Of a DNA stretch of 34,236 nucleotides, positions 27,394 through 34,236 are shown one piece after another. The notes under the pieces were generated by a model. That model was given only the letters and a program-made list of their open reading frames with translations, ran no database searches and was not told the DNA's origin. The stretch comes from Bacteriovoracaceae bacterium (GTDB lineage Bacteria; Bdellovibrionota; Bacteriovoracia; Bacteriovoracales; Bacteriovoracaceae): NCBI GenBank assembly GCA_049599895.1, contig JBMYPC010000015.1, forward strand, positions 1 through 34,236, read 5' to 3'. The position numbers and the translations under genes are program-made. Within the stretch, counting starts at the first letter, position 1; each line of letters opens with the position of its first letter.

Positions 27394-28422
27394 CTAGAGC
27401 CATTGATCGAATCGATAACCAAAAGAAAAATTGATACTCGTAATTTCTCTTCGGTCTGAACTTTGCTCTATCGTGCCGATGCTACTTTTTTTAATATGAC
27501 CTCTTAAGAGTCTATAGCCTAAAGTAAAAACATAAGTATTTTTTGCAAAATCAATCTCAAGCTCACTCATGGCAAGCCAAGTATTACTTGAAAGTTGAAA
27601 GCTTTTTTCAACGTCAAAAAATAAACTTTTATCAAGCCCGATTTCTGTATTAAACCGCCAATTGTCAGCTCTAAAAAGGTTGGTTCTAATTCGTGGGCCA
27701 AGGTAAGCAGCATTCCAAGCAAGCTCACTTCCCCCTTCAAAGTTATTCCACCTACCATCTTGATAGCTTGTGGCCAGTCCAAAGTGCACAGGGAGTCCTA
27801 GAGGAAGATAAGATTTCCATTCGAGTCGATTGGCCCTACCACCGGTGGACTCCTGTTCGAAAATATCAGAGAAGTAAACTGCTCGAATGTTTTCAAGGTG
27901 AAAACTTAAGGTGTGTTCAAGTTGAAGGTGGGTATCGAAGCTATTGTGTTCGAAGTCTTTTCTTTTCCAACTTTTATTCGTATCGACTTTAAGGTCGAGA
28001 TCAACAACGTCCTCCACTTTTGTTAAGTCTTTTGAAAAGACGATATAAACTGGGACTTGTTTTTTATTATAGATATAAGCTCTTTCTCCACCCTTGATAA
28101 TTTCGTTGGCGTAAACAATCGCTTCTCTTTTCGCTCTCCAAGACTCTTTCATATCTAGTGAGTAGATCACGGTATTTCTTTTGATATGGGCCTTGTAGGC
28201 GGGAAAAGAATTTTTTTCTAAAGTGTCCGGTGGTGAAACTCTTTTTATGTGATGATTTTGAGCTCTTCGAATATTAGATTCTGCTTTTTTGAGATAGAGC
28301 AGTGACTCTTTATCAATGGAGGGTTTGGTGCTTGTCTTCTGAGTTTGGGCCAGTACGAGATTGGGAGTAAAAACTAGGGCCAGGGCCAATGCGTTGCTGT
28401 GTAAATAATATTTCAATGACAT
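27394..28422 (-). CDS. Exported protein, probable outer-membrane beta-barrel
   Basis: Signal-peptide-like N-terminus (VLA-Q), alternating beta strands, C-terminal INFSFGYRF. Confidence 0.65.
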   Translation of the reverse strand: MSLKYYLHSNALALALVFTPNLVLAQTQKTSTKPSIDKESLLYLKKAESNIRRAQNHHIKRVSPPDTLEKNSFPAYKAHIKRNTVIYSLDMKESWRAKREAIVYANEIIKGGERAYIYNKKQVPVYIVFSKDLTKVEDVVDLDLKVDTNKSWKRKDFEHNSFDTHLQLEHTLSFHLENIRAVYFSDIFEQESTGGRANRLEWKSYLPLGLPVHFGLATSYQDGRWNNFEGGSELAWNAAYLGPRIRTNLFRADNWRFNTEIGLDKSLFFDVEKSFQLSSNTWLAMSELEIDFAKNTYVFTLGYRLLRGHIKKSSIGTIEQSSDRREITSINFSFGYRFDQWL

Positions 28423-28539
28423 ATCTCTATTATATTTGACCTGAGGCTAAATAAAAGGACTCATTTAATGAAAAAACCATAGGATTTTACTGTGACACTC
28501 GATTGTTACAACGTGTCCCAAATGATATGAATTAATCTT

Positions 28540-29193
28540 ATGGAAGATATTATCTTTAGACTCGCTGTGTCTATTCCGGGGTTTTTATTAGCAATTGTAT
28601 TTCACGAAGCTGCCCATGCTTATGTGGCCCTGCGTTTCGGTGATCCAACTGCTAAGCTCCAAGGAAGATTGAGTCTTAATCCAGCGGTTCATTGGGACTT
28701 GGTGGGAACCATTATTATGCCAATCTTCTTCATTGTGTTGGGATGGGGGATTTTTGGTTACGCAAAGCCTGTTCCGGTTGATCCGAGAAATCTTAAAAAC
28801 GTAAAGTGGGGAATCTTCTGGGTGAGTTTCGCTGGACCTCTCGCAAACGTTGCCCTTGCAATCATTAGTGCTTTTGCTCTGGTTGTCTGCGCTTTAAAGG
28901 TTTCGCCAGATTTTTACCTCTATGACGTTTTAAGAAAGATGCTAGAGTCATCAGTTTATATCAATATCATCCTAGCGGTTTTTAATTTGATCCCTTGGCC
29001 ACCTCTTGATGGTTCAAAAATGGTGGCGACATTTCTCGATTACAATCAAGCGAGAAAGTATGAGGAGCTTCAGCGCTTCAGCCTCTTATTTTTTATTATT
29101 TTATGGCAAACCAATATTTTAAGTTATGTTATGTCTCCGGCCATGATGGCCGCAAACGGCGTAATTCACTTATTTGGAGCTTTATTAAGTTAA
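28540..29193 (+). CDS. Site-2 protease family (M50) intramembrane metalloprotease
   Basis: HEAAH, FGDPTA, AGPLAN, FNLIPWPPLDG; typical position upstream of scpAB. Confidence 0.93.
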   Translation: MEDIIFRLAVSIPGFLLAIVFHEAAHAYVALRFGDPTAKLQGRLSLNPAVHWDLVGTIIMPIFFIVLGWGIFGYAKPVPVDPRNLKNVKWGIFWVSFAGPLANVALAIISAFALVVCALKVSPDFYLYDVLRKMLESSVYINIILAVFNLIPWPPLDGSKMVATFLDYNQARKYEELQRFSLLFFIILWQTNILSYVMSPAMMAANGVIHLFGALLS

Positions 29194-29196
29194 CGG

Positions 29197-29210
29197 ACAC
29201 ACACACACAC
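29197..29210. repeat. (AC)7 simple sequence repeat
   Basis: acacacacacacac between the protease stop and the scpA RBS. Confidence 0.9.
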
Positions 29211-29227
29211 TTAGAGAGATTACGTTA

Positions 29228-30148
29228 ATGTTAGATACATCAATTCAAATTAAAACAGATCGGTTCGATGGACCTCTTTCTCTACTACTGATGCTTATTC
29301 AAAAAGAGCAAGTAGAGATTCGCGATCTTAGTTTAACAAAGATCACTGAACAGTACCTTGAGTATCTCGATCGAATGCAAGAGTTGAACTTCAATATCGC
29401 AGGAGACTATCTCTACCTCGCTGCGACTCTTATTTATTTAAAATCAAAAGAATGTCTTACAGAACAGGACAAAGAGGCCTTAGGTCAGTTTGAAGCTGGC
29501 TCTGATAAACTCGTCATTGAGTCTCAAGCTGAGCTTATTCAGCGCCTTGAAGACCTTCAAAGATATCAGAAACTTGGCCAGCTTCTGTGGAAACTTCCCA
29601 AGAAGGGTGAAGATATTTTCACCAGACCAAGACTTAATAAGAAGTATCATTTCTCATCATTTTTAAAGCGTATTGATGTGGAAGAGCTGACTCTTTCGAT
29701 GATGGATTACCTCGTTCGTGAAAGTCGCAAGTATAAGGTTGTTAAAAGAGACAGGCTTTCGATTAAGGAAAAGCTGGTTTTCTTAAAGAACCTTCTTAAT
29801 GTCGGTGAAACAAAAACTTTAGATGAAATTATTGGCGTTCAGAATGACGGCACTATTACAAATGTTGTGATTAACTTCATTTCTTTACTTGAGCTTGCAA
29901 GATTAAAACGAATTGAAGTTTTCCAAAATGAAGATAGAGGAAGTGTTTATTTTAAAGTTGTAAAAGAACTTGATGATCTTGACCTTGCATCTGCCAATGG
30001 TTTTGAAGATGAAAATGAGCAAGAAAACACAGAAGAAAATAAAGAAAATAGCGAACAAGAACAAATAGCACTTTCTCAGGAAGAGAATAGCGATGTTGTT
30101 CAGCAAGCCAACATTGAAGATAATGTCGCAAGTCCTTTAATGCAGTAG
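29228..30148 (+). CDS. scpA: Segregation and condensation protein A (kleisin)
   Basis: FDGPLSLLL, ITEQYLEYL, AATLIYLKS, FISLLELAR. Confidence 0.93.
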   Translation: MLDTSIQIKTDRFDGPLSLLLMLIQKEQVEIRDLSLTKITEQYLEYLDRMQELNFNIAGDYLYLAATLIYLKSKECLTEQDKEALGQFEAGSDKLVIESQAELIQRLEDLQRYQKLGQLLWKLPKKGEDIFTRPRLNKKYHFSSFLKRIDVEELTLSMMDYLVRESRKYKVVKRDRLSIKEKLVFLKNLLNVGETKTLDEIIGVQNDGTITNVVINFISLLELARLKRIEVFQNEDRGSVYFKVVKELDDLDLASANGFEDENEQENTEENKENSEQEQIALSQEENSDVVQQANIEDNVASPLMQ

Positions 30149-30170
30149 TTGGATTAAGACGGAGAGAGTT

Positions 30171-31649
30171 ATGGAGACAGAGAACCACACAGAACAGGCT
30201 CAAGAAACTTTAGAAGTGCAAGAGGCAAAAGACGCTCAAGACGCTCAAGAAGTTCAAGAAACACAAAGTGCAGATGAGACCGAAGAGTTTTCACTTGAAC
30301 TTAATTTTCTTGATGAAGAAAAACAAAAAGAAAAAGAGTGGAAAGAGAAAACGGGGCTCAACGAGGTTACAATTCTTGCTGCGATCGAGACAATTGTCTT
30401 TATGAGTGAAAAGCCTGTTTCAATTGAAAAGATTAAAAAGGCCATTAACTCAGAAATGCCATTAAGGCCAATCTATACAGCCCTTTCAGAACTTCAGGCT
30501 AAATACGAAGAGCCAACCCATGGAATTCGTCTGGTTGAGGTTGCTGAAGGTTATCAATTCCGAACCAAACTCAATTACGCTAATTATGTTGAAACTGTTC
30601 ATAAGTCGAATTCATTTACATTAACCCCAACCGCATTAGAAGTTCTTGCGATCATTGCTTATAGACAACCAATTTCAAGAACTGAAATTGATCGTCTAAG
30701 AGGTGTTGATAGTTCTCATATCGTAAGAGCACTTATGGATAAAAGACTTGTGGCAATTGCTGGTCGGTCTGATGAGTTAGGGAGACCAACAACTTTTAAA
30801 ACAACTCCTGAGTTTTTAGAGTTTTTTAATCTTGCTGACTTAAGTGATCTTCCTGATGAAGAAGAACTCAAAGAAATGACTGCAAGTGGAGTTGGCGAAA
30901 TTTCAGATATCAAAGATCTTGTGAAGAAGACCGGTGAGGGAGAGTTCTCTTTCGACGATATTGATGAGCTTGATCAACTTGCAAGTGAAATTAAAGAGAT
31001 TGCTTCCGATACGGAATTCACAAAGCTTCTTAAGCAAAAACCTAAAAAAGATGAAGAAGGTGTGGGGGCAAAAGCTCTTTCACCTTTTGAAATTATTGAA
31101 GACTTTCTTAACCAAGAGCAGATTTCCACTGAAAATCAAAAAGCGATGGAAAGTGAGCTTTTTACAGCAGTTACTGATGTTGAGATTATTTCAAATCCTC
31201 AGGGTGAGAATGATTATAATATTCCGGAAGAGGGTTTAGATCTTAATGACCTTGAAACAGCAGCTCCTGTTTCTGATGGAGATCTTTATGAAGAGATCCC
31301 TGAAAGAGAGCAGCTAGAGCAAAAGTTTAAAGAGATCCAAGAGCTTCCCAATAAACTTGAAGAACTTGAGAAAGAAGATGAAGAGCTTCTTGCTCAAGAG
31401 GAAACTTTAAGTGCTGAAGAAAGCCCAGAGGTTGAAGAAGAGGCCCTCTTTTCAGATATGAGTGAGGATGAACTTTCTGATGTTCTTGATGAGAAGTTCA
31501 TGGCATTTGAAGACGGAGAATCTGAAGAGTCTGAAAATAAGAATGAGAATGAAGACAGTTTTGATGAAGTTGATGCGGCTATGATCGCTAAGTCATTAGA
31601 AACAGATCAGCCTTCTGATGAAAGTCTTCTAGACTCTGTTGACGAATAG
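30171..31649 (+). CDS. scpB: Segregation and condensation protein B with long acidic extensions
   Basis: GYQFRTK, ALEVLAIIAYRQPISRTEIDRLRGV, GRPTTFKTTPEFLEFFNL. Confidence 0.92.
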   Translation: METENHTEQAQETLEVQEAKDAQDAQEVQETQSADETEEFSLELNFLDEEKQKEKEWKEKTGLNEVTILAAIETIVFMSEKPVSIEKIKKAINSEMPLRPIYTALSELQAKYEEPTHGIRLVEVAEGYQFRTKLNYANYVETVHKSNSFTLTPTALEVLAIIAYRQPISRTEIDRLRGVDSSHIVRALMDKRLVAIAGRSDELGRPTTFKTTPEFLEFFNLADLSDLPDEEELKEMTASGVGEISDIKDLVKKTGEGEFSFDDIDELDQLASEIKEIASDTEFTKLLKQKPKKDEEGVGAKALSPFEIIEDFLNQEQISTENQKAMESELFTAVTDVEIISNPQGENDYNIPEEGLDLNDLETAAPVSDGDLYEEIPEREQLEQKFKEIQELPNKLEELEKEDEELLAQEETLSAEESPEVEEEALFSDMSEDELSDVLDEKFMAFEDGESEESENKNENEDSFDEVDAAMIAKSLETDQPSDESLLDSVDE

Positions 31650-31715
31650 CTCCATCCTCGCTAAATAATCAATACTTTTTACGAACCGCCGTGAGGCAGA
31701 TCAAAGGATATCTCC

Positions 31716-32702
31716 ATGCAAATGTCAGATGACAAGCAATCTCTTATTCGACTTCAAAAATACATCGCAGATTCAGGAATAACTTCAAGAAGAAAAGCTG
31801 AAGAGCTTATGCTTGAAGGAAGAGTGACTGTTAATGGAAAAAAGTGGACTCAGCTTGGATCAAAGATTAATCCTCAGACAGACGCTGTTTGTGTTGATGG
31901 AGATCCCATTGATCCAAGGCTTAATGAGAAAGTCTACCTTGTTTTTCATAAGCCTAGAGGCGTTATTACTTCTGTTTCTGATCCAGAAGGAAGAAAGACG
32001 GTTCTCGATTTTGTTAGCAATATCACATCGAGAATTTATCCGGTAGGAAGGCTTGATTATCTTTCAGAAGGTCTTCTTCTTATGACGAATGATGGAGAGC
32101 TTGCTCAACAGATTTCTCATCCAAGTTATCGAGTTCCAAAGGTTTATGAAGTGAAAGTCTTTGGACATGTTGATCTTAGTCTTTTAAAGGCCATGAAAAA
32201 AGGTGTGCAAACAGAAGTTGGAAAGATTAGACCCGAATCTGTTCGAGTCATTAAGCAGCTTCCTTCTAAAACTTGGCTTGAGATTCGCCTTATGGAAGGA
32301 AAGAACCGTGAGATTCGAAGACTCTGTGATGCTTTTAATATCACAATCGATAAACTTAAAAGAGTCGCGATTGGAAATCTTTCCATTCAAGGAATTAAGC
32401 CAGGGTCATATGACATGTATTCAAAGAAACAACTTCTTAAGGCCATTGGAATCAATGAATCAGGTGAGTTTAAAGCAAGTAAGCAAGGTTTCTTTTCTGC
32501 TAAAAAGACTGTCAAAATTAAAGAACATCGTGTGAGTCAGGAAAAGCTTGCAAATCAAGAAAAGTATGGGCGATACAAAAAAGAAGCTTACTATGATTCT
32601 CTAAAAGCCTATGAGGCATTTAAGGAGAAGCAGGCCCTAAAAGAAAAAATGGAAAGAAAGGCAGAAAGAGAAGCTTACAAGCAGTCTAAAGCAAAATCTT
32701 AG
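31716..32702 (+). CDS. rluB: RsuA/RluB-family 23S rRNA pseudouridine synthase
   Basis: S4 domain RLQKYIA...SRRKAEE, YPVGRLD catalytic Asp, EGKNREIRR; follows scpAB. Confidence 0.88.
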   Translation: MQMSDDKQSLIRLQKYIADSGITSRRKAEELMLEGRVTVNGKKWTQLGSKINPQTDAVCVDGDPIDPRLNEKVYLVFHKPRGVITSVSDPEGRKTVLDFVSNITSRIYPVGRLDYLSEGLLLMTNDGELAQQISHPSYRVPKVYEVKVFGHVDLSLLKAMKKGVQTEVGKIRPESVRVIKQLPSKTWLEIRLMEGKNREIRRLCDAFNITIDKLKRVAIGNLSIQGIKPGSYDMYSKKQLLKAIGINESGEFKASKQGFFSAKKTVKIKEHRVSQEKLANQEKYGRYKKEAYYDSLKAYEAFKEKQALKEKMERKAEREAYKQSKAKS

Positions 32703-33511
32703 AAAAAATATTGAAAAGCAAGTTCAGGATGAAGAGAGAAGTCTGTTCTGATTTTCTCTTCATTAAGTTCTTGGTCATAGCCTTCCCGAGTGCTTAAAAG
32801 CTCCTGTTGATAATCATTTCTCTCACTATTTTCTAGATCAACTATAATCCCATCGTAAGTTGAGCTCATAGAGAATCCAATCTGAGCGAGAAAGTTGTCG
32901 CCTTTAAAAACAAATGAAGTTCCAACATGAATTCGAGGGTAAACATCGGAGACGTGAAGAACTCCGACTTCACCTAAGACTGAAATGCCTTTACTTATCT
33001 TTACTTCGTGTAGAGTTGAGATATTAAATTGATAGGGGGTGTTGTTAACAGTAGGCCTTCTCAAGGAAAAGGGAAACTGATCGTCTGAATAATAGCTACC
33101 GATAATATTGAAGTGAAACTTATAATTGGCACTGACTTTTCGAGAGTAAATATAATAAGTCCAAAATGAGTTCATTTTAAAGCCGGTGTACTCATCAGCA
33201 TAAGTTTGAAAATAGGCAAGCTCTAAAGAATGAGTTGTTTTGCCGCTCTTGTAAACGTTCTTTCTAAGATAGGCATTGTTCATATTATAAAAAGAAATCA
33301 GAAAAGGACTGGTTCCCACAATATAATCGTTACCTCCACAAGCTGTAATTTGAAAACCAAGTGTACAGCGAGCTTCATTGAAGGTGTAATCGGTATGAGA
33401 AAGATTGTGACCAAAAGAGCGAATTTCTTCTTTGGGGGCGGCAAAGCTTGTTTTTATTAGGAAGGTCGAAAAAACAAAAAAGCCTACTAAACTTTTTATA
33501 ATCATATTCAC
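32699..33511 (-). CDS. Exported hypothetical protein, possible beta-barrel
   Basis: Signal peptide (TSFA-A) and C-terminal LAFQYFF. Confidence 0.65.
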   Translation of the reverse strand: MNMIIKSLVGFFVFSTFLIKTSFAAPKEEIRSFGHNLSHTDYTFNEARCTLGFQITACGGNDYIVGTSPFLISFYNMNNAYLRKNVYKSGKTTHSLELAYFQTYADEYTGFKMNSFWTYYIYSRKVSANYKFHFNIIGSYYSDDQFPFSLRRPTVNNTPYQFNISTLHEVKISKGISVLGEVGVLHVSDVYPRIHVGTSFVFKGDNFLAQIGFSMSSTYDGIIVDLENSERNDYQQELLSTREGYDQELNEEKIRTDFSLHPELAFQYFF

Positions 33512-33610
33512 CTAAAAATTCCTTTTTTAAGTGCGACTCCAATCGCTTGTCTATTGTATCAAAGGATTTTTGGTGAATGAGAAGAAGTTAGTAAAGGCAA
33601 AAACTACACT

Positions 33611-33640
33611 AAAAAAAAGGCACCATTAATACTGGTGCCT
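33611..33640 (-). terminator. Rho-independent terminator
   Basis: On the minus strand, an AGGCACCA-N7-TGGTGCCT hairpin runs into a T tract, 45 nt downstream of the 33685 stop. Confidence 0.75.
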
Positions 33641-33684
33641 CAATGATCCCAAACTAAATAGTCTGTTATTGATTTTGTAAGAAG

Positions 33685-33996
33685 TTAGTTATCGTAGCGA
33701 ACAACTGATTTTTTCTCGAGATGTTCTTGGAGAATATCCATCGAGAACTCTATAGCTTGTTTTGCGTAGGGAATGTTTGAGTTTTGATTTCTAGGAAAAC
33801 TCGATTGCTTAATCATTCCAGCGCAGACTCTCATGATTTCAGCACAGCTATCAAAAAACTGGTGCTCATCTGGAGTACTCATCGCTTCAAGCATAAGAGC
33901 GTTAAGTGATTTCATTAATCGAACCTGGGCGGGAGTTAGATCATACTCTTCAATTGATACTTCTAGCATTTTCTGTGATTCTTTAATTAAACTCAT
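33685..33996 (-). CDS. Hypothetical helical protein
   Basis: About 103 aa from ATG 33996 (GAGG upstream), followed by a terminator. Confidence 0.7.
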   Translation of the reverse strand: MSLIKESQKMLEVSIEEYDLTPAQVRLMKSLNALMLEAMSTPDEHQFFDSCAEIMRVCAGMIKQSSFPRNQNSNIPYAKQAIEFSMDILQEHLEKKSVVRYDN

Positions 33997-34181
33997 AATT
34001 ATTGACCTCATTTTGATGATTCATTATCACGCTCAATATTCTTATCGCCGGTTCTCTACGAAATATTAGATATTTATGTCGGACCACAATACTTCGATCA
34101 GTTTTTGTAAAGGAGTTCTGGACAAGTTTAATTAGATCCCATATACTCACCTTCAATTTGATTAAGAAATCAAACACTTAG

Positions 34182-34236
<55 letters not shown>

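Noticed and set aside
33983..34177. 64-aa ORF upstream of the tRNA
   Set aside because: It occupies the divergent promoter region, overlaps the 33685 gene start and has no supporting features.

Overview
Bacterial chromosomal window. Gene content and protein style suggest a predatory Bdellovibrionota (Bacteriovoracaceae/Halobacteriovorax-like); this assignment is inference. Left part (1-12.6 kb): a surface-glycosylation locus with two tandem CDP-paratose-2-epimerase-like SDR enzymes, a polyprenol-phosphate GT2, six polytopic GT-C-like membrane proteins (two DUF2079-like, two YfhO-like, two ArnT/PMT-like) and a SAM methyltransferase. Next come a SWIM-SNF2 helicase and a small accessory island (16.0-19.3 kb) holding broken S66-peptidase and GNAT genes and a coupled AAA/DUF4143 ATPase - lytic transglycosylase - lipoprotein trio. 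The rest is core genome: trmB-dnaG-rpoD, a DegT aminotransferase, exported/outer-membrane proteins, M50 protease-scpA-scpB-rluB and a partial initiator tRNA-Met. The most striking unexplained structure is an 88-bp multi-hairpin REP-like element present twice, inverted (4304-4391 and 19121-19208; 85/88 identical), each time at a junction with apparently swapped DNA. At the first site it lies between two copies of the last 15 codons of the GT2 gene. These copies differ at 8 of 45 nt, all synonymously, and each overlaps the stop of a different convergent reading frame.
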